A DNA stretch of 64,000 nt from an uncultured Verrucomicrobiota bacterium (GCA_945834475.1 CAMAHK010000002.1:27642-91641), one strand, 5' to 3'; positions 48,118-58,578 are shown, counted from the stretch's first letter. A program made the numbers and translations. Notes: generated by a model not told the origin, from the sequence alone.

Positions 48118-49347
48118 CTAGCAGAAGACCCGTTCAACGCGATTGCCGAGCGAACAGATGATATCGTAGGCGTGGGTGCCCTTCAGGGCCGCCCAGTCGT
48201 CGGGCGTGATCGAGTCGTTTCCACAGGCGCCGAAGCAGATGACCTCGTCACCGGGCTTCACGTTCGGGACGTCCGTGACGTCGACGGTCGTGTAGTCCAT
48301 CGAGATGCGTCCGACGATCTTGCAGCGCTTGCCGCCGATGAAGACAAAGCCGCGGTTCGTGAGCGCGAGGGGGAGTCCGTCGGCATAGCCCGCCGAAATC
48401 GTCGCGATCGTGCGCGGCTCGGCAAGACACCACGTGCGGCCGTAGCCGAGCGTCGTTCCGGCGGGAAGCTCGCGCACCTGCGCGACGTGCGTCTTCAGCG
48501 TGAGGACGGGCTCCACCTTGAGCGCCTTGCGTCCGTAAGGGTCGAAGGATCCGTGCAGGTTGATGCCCGTGCGCACCTGCGTGAACGGCGCCTTCGCTGT
48601 TTCGGGGAAATTGTTGATCGCGTCCGAGGCCGCCATGTGGACCTTCTTGAAGGAGATGCCCTCCTTCGCACACGCGGCGACGAGCGCCTTGAAGAGCTTG
48701 ATCTGCGTCTTCGTGTACGGGTCCTTCGGCTCGTAGGCCATCGGACAGTGCGAGAAGATGCCTTCGCAGTCGAGGTTCGGAAGCGCGCGCACGGCGCGAA
48801 TCGTCGCGAGGGCCTCGGCAAGGCCCGTCGGTCCCGTCGCGCGGATGCCGAGGCGTCCCATGCCCGAGTCGATCTTGAAATGGACGCGCGCCGTCGTCTT
48901 CGCCCTCACGGCCGCAGCGGAGATCAGCTTCGCGGTCTCGAGGTCGGTGATCGGCAGGATCACGCCCGCCCGAACCATCTCGGGAATCTCGTCGGGGAGG
49001 ATTGAGGAGAGGATTTGGATGGAGGGGATTTGGATGGAGGGGATGTTCTGTTCTGGCGCGACAGGAGTGTCGCGCCCCCTTTGAGCCGTCGCACGCAACG
49101 GGGACGCGACACTCCTGTCGCGTCGTACGAAAACCTTCCTCAACTCCAACGCCTCGTACGGTTCGGCGACGCCGAAGTCGGTGCAGCCCGCCTCGGCGAG
49201 GGCCTTCGCATACGCGGAAACCCCGAGCCCGTAGGCATTCGCCTTTAAAACCGACAAGACCTTCATCGGCGCGACATGCGCGGCGATCTTGCGATAGTTC
49301 CGCACCAGGGCCTGAAGGTCGATTTCAACAGTAACGCGCCTCTTCAC
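48118..49347 (-). CDS. alr: Alanine racemase
   Basis: PLP lysine region VLKANAYGLG. Probable GTG start. Contains a double-hairpin repeat and a 15-bp tandem duplication in frame. Confidence 0.8.
   Translation of the reverse strand: MKRRVTVEIDLQALVRNYRKIAAHVAPMKVLSVLKANAYGLGVSAYAKALAEAGCTDFGVAEPYEALELRKVFVRRDRSVASPLRATAQRGRDTPVAPEQNIPSIQIPSIQILSSILPDEIPEMVRAGVILPITDLETAKLISAAAVRAKTTARVHFKIDSGMGRLGIRATGPTGLAEALATIRAVRALPNLDCEGIFSHCPMAYEPKDPYTKTQIKLFKALVAACAKEGISFKKVHMAASDAINNFPETAKAPFTQVRTGINLHGSFDPYGRKALKVEPVLTLKTHVAQVRELPAGTTLGYGRTWCLAEPRTIATISAGYADGLPLALTNRGFVFIGGKRCKIVGRISMDYTTVDVTDVPNVKPGDEVICFGACGNDSITPDDWAALKGTHAYDIICSLGNRVERVFC
49055..49124. repeat. Family-C double-hairpin element, in frame in alr (15-bp tandem duplication at 49011-49040)
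   Basis: GGCGCGACAGGAGTGTCGCGCC ... GACGCGACACTCCTGTCGCGTC. Confidence 0.75.
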
Positions 49348-49365
49348 CTCTCACCCCTCACCTTC

Positions 49366-50202
49366 TCACCTTGTCTTCACCGTAAATGTCCGGCCGCACA
49401 TGTGGCAGGTGATGTCGATCGTCTCCGGCAGGTCCTTGCGCTCGTCTTCGCTGAGCGCCGCGAGCATGGCGACCGCGCGGTCGGGCGAGCAGCGGCAGGC
49501 GAAGGAGAGCGGTGTCGTCTTCTTGAGTTCGGCCTTCGCGAGACCGAGCTCGTCGAGAATGGCGCGTGAGGCGCGGGCGAGAGAGGACTGCACAGCGCCT
49601 GTCGCAGAGGACAGCGACGGTACGGTACAGGACGAATCGGGTAAGGCCTCGATCAGAACCCCCTTCGCGCCCAGAACCTCGACCTCATCCGAGACCGAGG
49701 CCTCGACCTGAATCATCGCCTTGCGCTGGAGCGAACCCGCGAGATAGCTGTCGAGCGTCTTCGCGAGGCCCTGCGAGAGGATGCGGCCTGGCACGGAGCG
49801 CGTCACCTGCAGCTGCGTGTCGCCGTAGAGTTTCTTCGCGTTCGCCTTCGCGAGCGGCGCCGCAGCGGAGACGACGCCGTCGAAGTCATCGAGCGTCTTC
49901 TTCTCCGTGTAGCCGCGGAGCGTACCCTTCTGGGTGCATTCGACACAGTACCCGCCGAGCGCCCCCGTGCACTTCATTTGCAGGATGACCGTCTCTTCGG
50001 CCTCGCTCGTCTCCGCACCGAGGAGTGCCACGGCGGCAAGGGCCTCGGAAAGCGCTCGCGCAGCGGTCGGCCCGGAGAGGTGTCCCTGGGCCAACTGCTG
50101 CGCGGCGGTTGTCACGTCAACGATCGTCACCGAGACCTTCTTCTCGGCATCGTACCATTCTTCGCGTGAGTCTCGCATTTTCATGCGGCGCGATGAGGTC
50201 AT
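49366..50202 (-). CDS. hslO: Redox-regulated chaperone Hsp33
   Basis: C-terminal zinc centre CRCS...CHMCG and Hsp33 fold length. Confidence 0.7.
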   Translation of the reverse strand: MTSSRRMKMRDSREEWYDAEKKVSVTIVDVTTAAQQLAQGHLSGPTAARALSEALAAVALLGAETSEAEETVILQMKCTGALGGYCVECTQKGTLRGYTEKKTLDDFDGVVSAAAPLAKANAKKLYGDTQLQVTRSVPGRILSQGLAKTLDSYLAGSLQRKAMIQVEASVSDEVEVLGAKGVLIEALPDSSCTVPSLSSATGAVQSSLARASRAILDELGLAKAELKKTTPLSFACRCSPDRAVAMLAALSEDERKDLPETIDITCHMCGRTFTVKTR

Positions 50203-50217
50203 CGCGCCCTACCCGAA

Positions 50218-52668
50218 TTAGAACCTGACGGGTTCGACGTGCCAGATGTCCTTCGCGTACTCGAGCACCGCACGGTCGGACGAGAAGCGTCCCGAACGCG
50301 CGATGTTGACGAGCGACATGGCGTTCCACTTCTTCGCGTTGCGGTACGTCGTGTCGACGAGATCCTGCGCACGGCAGTAGTCCTTGAGGTCGCCGAGGAT
50401 CATGTAGTAGTCGTTGTAGTCGAGGAGCGAACGGAGGATCGGGTCGAAGAGGCCCGGCTCAAGGATCGAGAACACGTTGTTCTTGATCATGTCGAGGGCC
50501 GCCTTGATCTCGGGATCCGTGTTGTAGATGTCGCGCGAGCAGTATGACGGACGACGCTTCGCGACCTCGTCGGTGTGCATGCCGAAGAGGAACATGTTCG
50601 CGTCACCGACCTCTTGGTTGATCTCAACGTTCGCGCCGTCGAGTGTGCCGAGGGTGAGTGCGCCGTTCATCATGAACTTCATGTTGCCCGTGCCCGACGC
50701 CTCCATGCCCGCGAGCGAGATCTGCTCGGAGACTTCCGACGCCGGCATGATCTTCTCGGCGAGCGAGACGCGGTAGTCGGGAAGGAACGCGACGGAGAGC
50801 TTGCCGCGCGTCTTCGGGTTCGAGTTGACGACGCCCGCGATGCCGTGGATGAGGCGGATGATCAGCTTCGCCATGTAGTAACCCGGCGCCGCCTTCGCCG
50901 CGAAGATGAACTGGCGCGGCTGCGGATCGAACTTCGGATCGCTGATGAGGCGATTGTAGAACATGATGATGTAGATCGCGAGGAGAAGCTGGCGCTTGTA
51001 CTCGTGCAGACGCTTGACCTGGACGTCGAAGATCGCGTCCGGATTGAGGTCGATGCCGAGGTTCTTGTGCGTCCAGTTCGCGAGCGCGACCTTGTTGCCT
51101 CGCTTGATCTTCGCGAGCGTGTCGAGGAACGCGGAATCCTTCGCGAACTTCTCGAGCTTCTTGAGGTCTGAAAGTTCCGTGACCCAATTCGAGCCGATGG
51201 ACTCCGTGATGAGGTTCGCGAGGGCCGGGTTGGCCTTGAGGAGCCAGCGGCGCGGCGTGATGCCGTTCGTCACGTTGTGGAACTTCTCCGGCCAGAGCTC
51301 AAAGAAGTCGTTGAAGAGCGAGTCCTTCAAGATCTGCGTGTGGAGCTCCGCGACGCCGTTCACCGACGACGTGCCGACGAGGCAGAGGTTCGCCATGCGA
51401 ACGTACCGCTCGCCGTTCTCGTCGATGAGCGACATGCGCCGCAGCTTCTTGATGTCGTTCGGATAGAGCGAGCTGACCTGCTGCAGGAAGCGTCCGTTGA
51501 TCTCGAAGATGATCTGGAGGTGACGCGGCAGGAGGCGCTCCATCATGCCGACCGGCCACTTCTCAAGGGCTTCCTGGAGAATCGTGTGGTTCGTGTAGCC
51601 CGTCGAACGGCGCGTGAGGTCCCACGCCTTGTCCCAGCTCAGGCCTTCCTCGTCGAGGAGGATGCGCATGAGTTCGGGGACGACAAGCGTCGGGTGTGTG
51701 TCGTTGAGGTGGATGAACACCTTGTTCGGCAGTTCGTCCCAGCCCGTGTTCGTCTTGAGGTAGCGGCGCAGGATGTCGCGCACCGAGCAGCAGACGAAGA
51801 AGTACTGCTGGCGGAGGCGAAGCTCCTTGCCGGCGACCGTGTTGTCGTTCGGATAGAGGACCTTCGTGAGGTTCTCGGCGAGCACCTTCGTCTCGACGGC
51901 CTCGACGTACGAGCCCTTGTTGAAGTCCTGGAGGTCAAACTCGTCGACGGCCTTCGCGCTCCAGAGACGGAGCGTGTTCACGGCGTCACGGTAGCCGACG
52001 ATCGGAATGTCGTACGGCACGCCCTCGACCGTCTCGGCCGGCACCCAGATCCACTTCTGGCGTCGGCCCTCGGTGAGGCACTCGACATGGCCGCCGAAGT
52101 GCACGTGCTGCGTGTACTCCATGCGCTTCATCTCCCACGGATAGCCGTTCTTGAGCCAGCCGTCTGGTTCCTCGACCTGGTTGCCGTTGACGATCTTCTG
52201 ACGGAAAATGCCGTAGTCGTAGCGGATGCCGTAGCCCATGCCCGCGAGGTTCAGCGTCGCCATCGAGTCGACGTAGCACGCCGCGAGACGGCCGAGGCCG
52301 CCGTTGCCGAGGCCCGCGTCGGTCTCGCAATCGCGGAGGTCGTTCCAGTTGATGCCGTATTCCGCGAGCGCGTCATGGCAGAGCTGGTCGGCCTTGAGGT
52401 TGATCACGTTGTTGCCGAGGAGTCGCCCGATGAGAAACTCAAGGGACATGTAGTAGACACGCTTCGTGTTCTGCTTCGCGTACTCTTCCTGCGTGGAGAT
52501 CCAGCGCTCGACGATGCGGTCGCGGACGGCGTTCGCGAACGCAGTGTACTGGTCGAGCTCGGTGGCACGGCCGTCGCCCTTGATCAGGGAATAGCGGAGA
52601 TGCCAGGCGAAGTCCTCCTTGAGGCCTTCGATAGACATTTCAACGCGGCGGTCTTTCTTCTTCGTCAT
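50218..52668 (-). CDS. glgP: Glycogen/alpha-glucan phosphorylase
   Basis: EASGTGNMKFMMNGALTLGTLDGANVE PLP site, 816 aa. Confidence 0.9.
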   Translation of the reverse strand: MTKKKDRRVEMSIEGLKEDFAWHLRYSLIKGDGRATELDQYTAFANAVRDRIVERWISTQEEYAKQNTKRVYYMSLEFLIGRLLGNNVINLKADQLCHDALAEYGINWNDLRDCETDAGLGNGGLGRLAACYVDSMATLNLAGMGYGIRYDYGIFRQKIVNGNQVEEPDGWLKNGYPWEMKRMEYTQHVHFGGHVECLTEGRRQKWIWVPAETVEGVPYDIPIVGYRDAVNTLRLWSAKAVDEFDLQDFNKGSYVEAVETKVLAENLTKVLYPNDNTVAGKELRLRQQYFFVCCSVRDILRRYLKTNTGWDELPNKVFIHLNDTHPTLVVPELMRILLDEEGLSWDKAWDLTRRSTGYTNHTILQEALEKWPVGMMERLLPRHLQIIFEINGRFLQQVSSLYPNDIKKLRRMSLIDENGERYVRMANLCLVGTSSVNGVAELHTQILKDSLFNDFFELWPEKFHNVTNGITPRRWLLKANPALANLITESIGSNWVTELSDLKKLEKFAKDSAFLDTLAKIKRGNKVALANWTHKNLGIDLNPDAIFDVQVKRLHEYKRQLLLAIYIIMFYNRLISDPKFDPQPRQFIFAAKAAPGYYMAKLIIRLIHGIAGVVNSNPKTRGKLSVAFLPDYRVSLAEKIMPASEVSEQISLAGMEASGTGNMKFMMNGALTLGTLDGANVEINQEVGDANMFLFGMHTDEVAKRRPSYCSRDIYNTDPEIKAALDMIKNNVFSILEPGLFDPILRSLLDYNDYYMILGDLKDYCRAQDLVDTTYRNAKKWNAMSLVNIARSGRFSSDRAVLEYAKDIWHVEPVRF

Positions 52669-52699
52669 TGTCTTTGCTTCTTTCTTGTGTGTTCGAAAC

Positions 52700-53584
52700 T
52701 TACTTGAAAAGTCCCTTGAGGTCCTTGCCCAGGTCCTTGCCGAGCCCCTTCAGGTCCTTGCCCAGGCCCTTGAGCCCCTTGCCCGTATCCTTGAGGATCG
52801 CCTTCGCGCCCTCGACATCCATCGCCTTCACGGCGTTCAGCGCGTTCGTCACCCCGGCCGTGCCGAGGTCGAGTCCCTGGTTGCCGAGTTCAAGCAGGCC
52901 GTCCCTCGCCAGGCCGAGCTTCTGCTGAAGCTGCGTCATGACCTCCTTCCAGGCCCCTTCCCACGACACGCCCTGCGTATCCTTGCCAATATTCGTCAAG
53001 ACAATCGTGCCTTGCACCGGGATCGGGAAGCCGAGATAGGAAACTGTCAAATCGCCAAGCGTCAACTTCTCGATGATCACCTTCGGACCCTCGCCCTTCG
53101 ACGTCTTCGTCTCGTCTTGCTGCTCTTCGACTGGCGGCTCTTCGACCGTCGGTGCGGGCTCGCCCTTCTGGGACGTCGCCGCGTTCGCATTGTCGGCAAT
53201 GACGTCGAAGTTGTACTTCTCCGGCGTTGCCTTCACATACGAGACGTAAACGCCCGTCAGAGTGATGTCCTTGATGACAATCACGTCGGACGCGACCGTA
53301 CCCATATCAACCTCGACGGTGAACTTGTCGACACGAACAGCCGTCTTGTCCGAACATCCTTCGGGATTGGACAGCTCGAAACCGTCGAACGCCACACGAC
53401 CCGCATAGAGGTTGATGTCGCAGTTCGCGAGCGCAATCGGCGTACCCGTGAATTTCGGGCCAATCTTTTCAGCTCCACACTTGACGGCCGAGCCGATCCA
53501 CAGCGGATGCAACGCCAACGCCAGAACGAGGACGAGAACAATGCCGCCGATGACGGCGAGCAGCCCCTTGATCAGTTTTTTCAT
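52700..53584 (-). CDS. AsmA/DUF748-like secreted protein
   Basis: N-terminal transmembrane or signal segment and a beta-rich domain. Ends in a KGLGKDL repeat tail. Confidence 0.35.
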   Translation of the reverse strand: MKKLIKGLLAVIGGIVLVLVLALALHPLWIGSAVKCGAEKIGPKFTGTPIALANCDINLYAGRVAFDGFELSNPEGCSDKTAVRVDKFTVEVDMGTVASDVIVIKDITLTGVYVSYVKATPEKYNFDVIADNANAATSQKGEPAPTVEEPPVEEQQDETKTSKGEGPKVIIEKLTLGDLTVSYLGFPIPVQGTIVLTNIGKDTQGVSWEGAWKEVMTQLQQKLGLARDGLLELGNQGLDLGTAGVTNALNAVKAMDVEGAKAILKDTGKGLKGLGKDLKGLGKDLGKDLKGLFK

Positions 53585-54165
53585 TTTAGTGTCTCCACTG
53601 TGATTTTCGTACGATGGCCAGCCCCAAGGGTCTCAACCTCCATGACATTCGCCATCCAGCGATCGCCAAACTTCTTGAGCCGGGTACCCCAAAGCCGACG
53701 GACCGCCTTGTCGCCCTCGTATTCCTCGGCCTGCATCAAGGCCCCCGTCTTCCGATCGACCCACACGCGCACGAGCCGATCGCCCTTCTTCAGCACCACG
53801 ACCGCGCAGACCTGTCCGTTGACCGTCTCGCCCTCGCGCGTCTCGTCAAACGACACGTCATCCCACCACAGGTAATCGAGCGAGATGTCGGAAGTCGTGA
53901 CATCCGTCCCCAACACGCTCGTCGGCAGTCGGTCGTCGGTCGTCTCAGAAAGCGCAAACGGCTCGCCGTCGATCGTCAGCGCCGGTACGCCGGCCTGACG
54001 CACGTAGACGTAGTCGTGTTCCTCAAGCACGACCCCGCGGCGATTACGCATGATGAGTCGACCTGTGAGCTCGACATCGGAGGGAATCATCGTCCGCGCA
54101 CTCTGAACGAGTTCACGGGGCGTCGCATTCGTTGCGATCAGGAAACTCGCCAACAGCGCGATCAT
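53581..54165 (-). CDS. LolA-like outer-membrane lipoprotein-sorting family protein
   Basis: Signal peptide and size and composition typical of the LolA-like fold. ATG overlaps the upstream stop (ATGA). Confidence 0.35.
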   Translation of the reverse strand: MIALLASFLIATNATPRELVQSARTMIPSDVELTGRLIMRNRRGVVLEEHDYVYVRQAGVPALTIDGEPFALSETTDDRLPTSVLGTDVTTSDISLDYLWWDDVSFDETREGETVNGQVCAVVVLKKGDRLVRVWVDRKTGALMQAEEYEGDKAVRRLWGTRLKKFGDRWMANVMEVETLGAGHRTKITVETLK

Positions 54166-55037
54166 TTGAGCGCCGCCTCCAGTTCGGCGTCTTCGGGGCA
54201 CCCGTAGACCCGCGCCGTCTCATAATAGCGACGCGCTCCGCTCTTGTTGTCGGGATTCGCCTGCAGATAGAGTTGCGCCATGTTGTAATAGGCGAAATAG
54301 TCGCGCGGATTGGATTGAATCGCCTGATCAAGCGTCTTTTCCGCGGCCTTGAAGTCGCCTGCCGCCGACTCCCTTGCCGCTCGCAGGTTGAGTGCCGTGA
54401 CACTGTTCGGCTTCTCCGTGAGGAGTTCGTCGATCATGCGGTCGGCCGACGTAAAATCCTTCTCATAAATGGCCTTCATAACCGTCTCCGACTTCGTCAG
54501 CGGACGCGGCGGAGCCTTTTTCGCCTTCGGCTTCGCCACCTTGCGAACCTGCCGCTTCACGACTTTCTTGGCCCGAGGCGGCTCCTCCGAAACCAAAGAA
54601 TCCCTCCGCTCTTCAACTTCAACTCCACCCTTCAACTTCTTCTCTGCCGCCAGCTTGCGCTCAAGTTCTGTCGTATCACTGACAGCGACGACCTTCGCAT
54701 TCGCGCGCGCCTGATTCAGTAACAACGAATCAATCGCCGCGCTGACATAGGCTCGTTTCGTCTTCAGGGTTGCGAATTCGGGACGCTCCACGCGATCCGG
54801 ATTCTCGGCCTCAATGCGATCGAGCTCCACAAGCGCGGCACGGTACTTTTCTACCGCCTCCGACACCTTTCCCTCGCTGGCCAGATCGCTGGCGTCATCA
54901 ATCAGCAGCGAAGCCGGCTCCATCAGTTCCGAAAGGCGCGGCGGTTCCTTTTCATCACTGCCAAACGGCCAATACCAGCTCGCCCGAACAGCGAGCGAAC
55001 AGAAAAGGATCACGAGAAAAACTGATAACTTATTCAT
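54162..55037 (-). CDS. Secreted TPR-repeat protein
   Basis: Signal peptide plus TPR units. A TGATATAAT box lies 10 nt upstream of the ATG. Confidence 0.55.
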   Translation of the reverse strand: MNKLSVFLVILFCSLAVRASWYWPFGSDEKEPPRLSELMEPASLLIDDASDLASEGKVSEAVEKYRAALVELDRIEAENPDRVERPEFATLKTKRAYVSAAIDSLLLNQARANAKVVAVSDTTELERKLAAEKKLKGGVEVEERRDSLVSEEPPRAKKVVKRQVRKVAKPKAKKAPPRPLTKSETVMKAIYEKDFTSADRMIDELLTEKPNSVTALNLRAARESAAGDFKAAEKTLDQAIQSNPRDYFAYYNMAQLYLQANPDNKSGARRYYETARVYGCPEDAELEAALK

Positions 55038-55073
55038 TTGAGGGCATATTATATCAAAAACACCCTGTGATAT

Positions 55074-56420
55074 CTATGCCTTTGAGAGAATGACGAGGGT
55101 CTCGAAGCGTGCTGTTCGCGGGAACATGTTGAACCAGCGCACGGATTCGACCTTATAGCCCTTCGAAATTTCCTTCAAATCGCGCATAAGCGTCGCCGGA
55201 TCGCACGAAACATAGAAGATTCGCGGAGCTTTGGACTGAGCCAGCCAACGCGCGACACCGGGTTCGAGTCCCCCGCGGGGCGGATCAATGACAACGGTCG
55301 TCTTCGGCGTCACCGAGATGCGCTTCAGGTTCCGCCCGACTTCCTCGGCGTAGAAGCGGAACGATGAGGTGGAGGTGGAAGGTTGAGGTGGACAGCGGAA
55401 GATGGCTTCCGCGTTGCGCCGGGCGAAGTCGATTGCCGCACGCCCCGACTCGATGCCGGTGAGGCGCCCTCCGTACCGCGAGCCGTCCTCGGCCGCGGCG
55501 CTGGCACAGCACAGCCCGAACACGCCGACGCCGCAATAGAGGTCGAGAATATCCGGCGCGACAGCCGCGCCCTTCTGGTATTCGGCGACGACCGCCCGGA
55601 CGAGTTCTTCTCCAACCTCGGGATTGACCTGATAGAAGCCGTCGGCCGGCACCTCAAAATCGCGGCCAAGCGTCGTTTCCTTGAGAACAAGGCCCTGCGG
55701 CGCCTTGCCGAGCCACCACTTGACACCCGTCTTCTTCGTCCATCGAATCGTGACGTTCGCCTTCTTCTCCGTCTCGCGACGCACAACCTCCGGACCTGTC
55801 GTCAGCAGCATCAGAATCTGCCGCCGGATCTCAGGCAACTTCGCGTTGATCTCAGGACGCGCCAGAGGATCTGACGCGATGTCGACGATCTCATGCGAGG
55901 GCTCGGTACGATAGCCGATGACGAACGGGGACGCGACACTCCTGTCGCGTCGGGAATCGGAAGAAGCGTCCTTATTCCGGCGAGGCAAGAGTGCCTCGCC
56001 CCCGATTCTCCCGATGTGATAAACGACCTTGTTCCGGTAGTTAAGCTCCATCCCAGCCGACGTACCCGCGCCGCCTCGGCACGAGGCGCTCACCCAGCCG
56101 CTGTCACCCATCCCCACCGAAATCCGCGCCCGCTCGAAGAACTCACGCAGCTGCTGCTCCTTGGCCGCACACTCGCCCTTGTAGGAGAGCGAGGCATAGA
56201 CCATGCCGGGGACAGACCCCTCTTCCTTCACGCGTTCGGGACTCGGCTCGACGATTTCGACGAGCCGGGCCTTGACGAAGCTCTTCTTCTCTTCGACGAT
56301 TTCGGCGCGGACTTGTTCGCCGGCCCAGGCGCCGGGCACGAACACGACGCGCCCGTCGCCCAGACGGCCAAGTCCGTCGCCGCCATAGACGTTCTTTGCG
56401 ATGTAGACCGTCGAGATCAC
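55074..56420 (-). CDS. rlmD: TRAM-domain SAM-dependent RNA (uracil-5)-methyltransferase, RlmD/TrmA family
   Basis: Motifs VIDPPRGGL and FYVSCDPATL. GTG start overlaps the upstream stop. Carries three separate in-frame repeat insertions. Confidence 0.7.
   Translation of the reverse strand: MISTVYIAKNVYGGDGLGRLGDGRVVFVPGAWAGEQVRAEIVEEKKSFVKARLVEIVEPSPERVKEEGSVPGMVYASLSYKGECAAKEQQLREFFERARISVGMGDSGWVSASCRGGAGTSAGMELNYRNKVVYHIGRIGGEALLPRRNKDASSDSRRDRSVASPFVIGYRTEPSHEIVDIASDPLARPEINAKLPEIRRQILMLLTTGPEVVRRETEKKANVTIRWTKKTGVKWWLGKAPQGLVLKETTLGRDFEVPADGFYQVNPEVGEELVRAVVAEYQKGAAVAPDILDLYCGVGVFGLCCASAAAEDGSRYGGRLTGIESGRAAIDFARRNAEAIFRCPPQPSTSTSSFRFYAEEVGRNLKRISVTPKTTVVIDPPRGGLEPGVARWLAQSKAPRIFYVSCDPATLMRDLKEISKGYKVESVRWFNMFPRTARFETLVILSKA
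55471..55500. repeat. Family-B element, in frame in rlmD
   Basis: CCGTACCGCGAGCCGTCCTCGGCCGCGGCG. Confidence 0.7.
55930..56000. repeat. Family-C double-hairpin element, in frame in rlmD
   Basis: GACGCGACACTCCTGTCGCGTC ... GGCGAGGCAAGAGTGCCTCGCC. Confidence 0.75.
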
Positions 56421-58456
56421 TTCGCGAACCTCACGGCAAAACCACCGCCAGGAGCCATGTGAAGCGCAATCTTCTCGCCGGCCGTCACCGTCTTCGTCTC
56501 GCGGACGTAGCTCGTGCCGTTCTTGTCGGCGTCAGGACCGTCGCGGAAGATCTCGGCGTTCCATTTCCCCTCGCCGAGGAAGGAGGTGTCGAGCGTGTAG
56601 TCGCGCGCCTCGATCGTCGTCAGGCCGGCGGCGTACCAGGAGCCGTCGGTCGCCTGACGCGCAGCGGCGACCATCGAGTCGGGACAGCCGTCCAGGCCGA
56701 CCGTCTTCTGCCACACGACCGGCGTCGCGGACATGAACGCGAACGACTCGTCATTCTTCTCGTAGTTCGTCGGCGAGTCACAGAGCATCTGGAGCGGCGC
56801 CTCGTAAAGCGACATCATCGCGATCTGACGGCAACGCGTACCGACCGAACCGGGCGTCATGCCCGCAGTCTCGCCGCGATAGCCGGCGCCGACGGCGTGG
56901 TTCAGCATCGCGCCCGGCGTGTAGTCCATCGGACCCGCCGTGAGGCGCAGATAGAACGCCGCGACATCATTGAACATCATTTCGCGCTCGGCGACCTCGC
57001 CGCCGGGGAACCACTTCATTTGCTCGAGACCGTGAATGCCCTCATAGTTGACGACGTTCGGATAGCGGCGCTGGAGACCGTTCGGACGGTACGCGCCGTG
57101 GTAGTCGACCAGCATCTTCTCCTTCGCGCACGCCGCGGCGAACTTCTCGAGGAAGCCCGCGACGACCGCGTCGCCGCGGTCCATGAAGTCGACCTTGAAG
57201 CCCTTCGCGCCGAGCTTGGCGAAGTGCGCGGCGACCTTCTCCTCCTCGCCGTAGACCTGCGCCCACGCCATCCAGAGGATGATGCCGACGCCCTTCTGAT
57301 TCGCATAGTTGATAAGGTGCGGCACGTCCACTTCCGGATGGAACTTCCAGATATTCAGCGTCTCGCTCCAGCCCTCGTCAAAGATGACGTACTCGACGCC
57401 CTTCGCCGCAGCAAAGTCGATGAAGTGCTCATAGGTCTTCGTCGTGCAACCGCCGTTCGGCGAGCCCTTCGGCGCATTGTCAAAGCAGTTCCACCAGTCC
57501 CAGGCGACCTTGCCCGGCTTCACCCACGAGTAGTCGGCACCCGCGTCCGCCGCCGGGGCGAGCGCGTAGACGATGTCGGCCTCGCAGAACTTGACGGGAC
57601 GGTCCGCCAGGACGAACGTGCGCCACGGGAACGTGCGCGTGCCCGCCGTCTTCGCGAGATAGTCCTCATGCGCCGTAATCTTCACCCAGCGCCCGCCGGT
57701 CGTCACAATATCCTTGCCCCAGCCGCCGACGCGCTGCGTCGCCTTCGGCGCACCCTCGAACTTCGCCGTGAATAGGGCTGAACCCTCGTCCTTCGTCAAG
57801 TTCCAGATCGGATAGTCACGCACGTCGGACTCCGTCACCGCCACGCACTTGCCGCCGACCGAATAGGCGAACGGCAGGTAGACCATGCCGTTCCCGCGCC
57901 AGGACGACTTCCCGTCCGAAACCGTCTTGAGTGCGCCGACCGTCGTCGAGACGGGAACGGACTCCTCCTGGCCGAAACCACCCGTGAAGTTCGCCCAGCA
58001 CTTCGCCGCGACATCCGGCACGACAAGATCGGCCTTCTCGCAGTTGACGATGATCTCGCCGCCCTTCTTCGTCTCAAAGCGATACGCGACGCCATCATTG
58101 CGCGCCACAAGCCGCACGCCCCAGTCGCCCCAGTCGGCGAACGTTTCCGTCCCCGCGAGATCGACGGACGCCTTCTTGTAGACCGGCGTCGCAACCGTTC
58201 CCGAAAGCGCCTTCTTTTCCGTCGCCTTCGGCTCACCCGCGTCCTTGACGAGGCACTTCCCATCGACCTTGAGGCCGATCTCGGACTTCGCCACGACGAC
58301 CACGCCGTCACGCAGCACCTCGTAGGCGAGCGGCGCCGTATAGAGGCGAATCTCGTTCTTGCCATCCGGCGAAACCGCCACAATCGGCTTCTTCGCAAAC
58401 CACGAGGAGCAACCCGCCAAGGCCACGCCCACCATCGTCATCATCAGTCTTTTCAT
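56417..58456 (-). CDS. Glycoside hydrolase lipoprotein (GH97-like alpha-glucosidase/galactosidase)
   Basis: Lipobox VALAGCSS and a central TIM-barrel segment WVKPGKVAWDWW...VIFDEGWS. Confidence 0.5.
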   Translation of the reverse strand: MKRLMMTMVGVALAGCSSWFAKKPIVAVSPDGKNEIRLYTAPLAYEVLRDGVVVVAKSEIGLKVDGKCLVKDAGEPKATEKKALSGTVATPVYKKASVDLAGTETFADWGDWGVRLVARNDGVAYRFETKKGGEIIVNCEKADLVVPDVAAKCWANFTGGFGQEESVPVSTTVGALKTVSDGKSSWRGNGMVYLPFAYSVGGKCVAVTESDVRDYPIWNLTKDEGSALFTAKFEGAPKATQRVGGWGKDIVTTGGRWVKITAHEDYLAKTAGTRTFPWRTFVLADRPVKFCEADIVYALAPAADAGADYSWVKPGKVAWDWWNCFDNAPKGSPNGGCTTKTYEHFIDFAAAKGVEYVIFDEGWSETLNIWKFHPEVDVPHLINYANQKGVGIILWMAWAQVYGEEEKVAAHFAKLGAKGFKVDFMDRGDAVVAGFLEKFAAACAKEKMLVDYHGAYRPNGLQRRYPNVVNYEGIHGLEQMKWFPGGEVAEREMMFNDVAAFYLRLTAGPMDYTPGAMLNHAVGAGYRGETAGMTPGSVGTRCRQIAMMSLYEAPLQMLCDSPTNYEKNDESFAFMSATPVVWQKTVGLDGCPDSMVAAARQATDGSWYAAGLTTIEARDYTLDTSFLGEGKWNAEIFRDGPDADKNGTSYVRETKTVTAGEKIALHMAPGGGFAVRFAK

Positions 58457-58578
58457 GTTGTATCTCTTTCTTTTATCCTGTTAAACTAATGTCTCGCCCC
58501 GTGGACGCGGTGTCCCCGCCGCGTCAAACAAAGGCAGTCTCTTTCCACCGCCGAGCGGAGAGGACTCCGCGTCTACGA

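Noticed and set aside
58457-58578. GACGCGG...CCGCGTC hairpins downstream of panC resembling family-C arms.
   Set aside because: The match to family C is only partial and has no second arm, so I treated it as an ordinary terminator-like hairpin and not a repeat copy.
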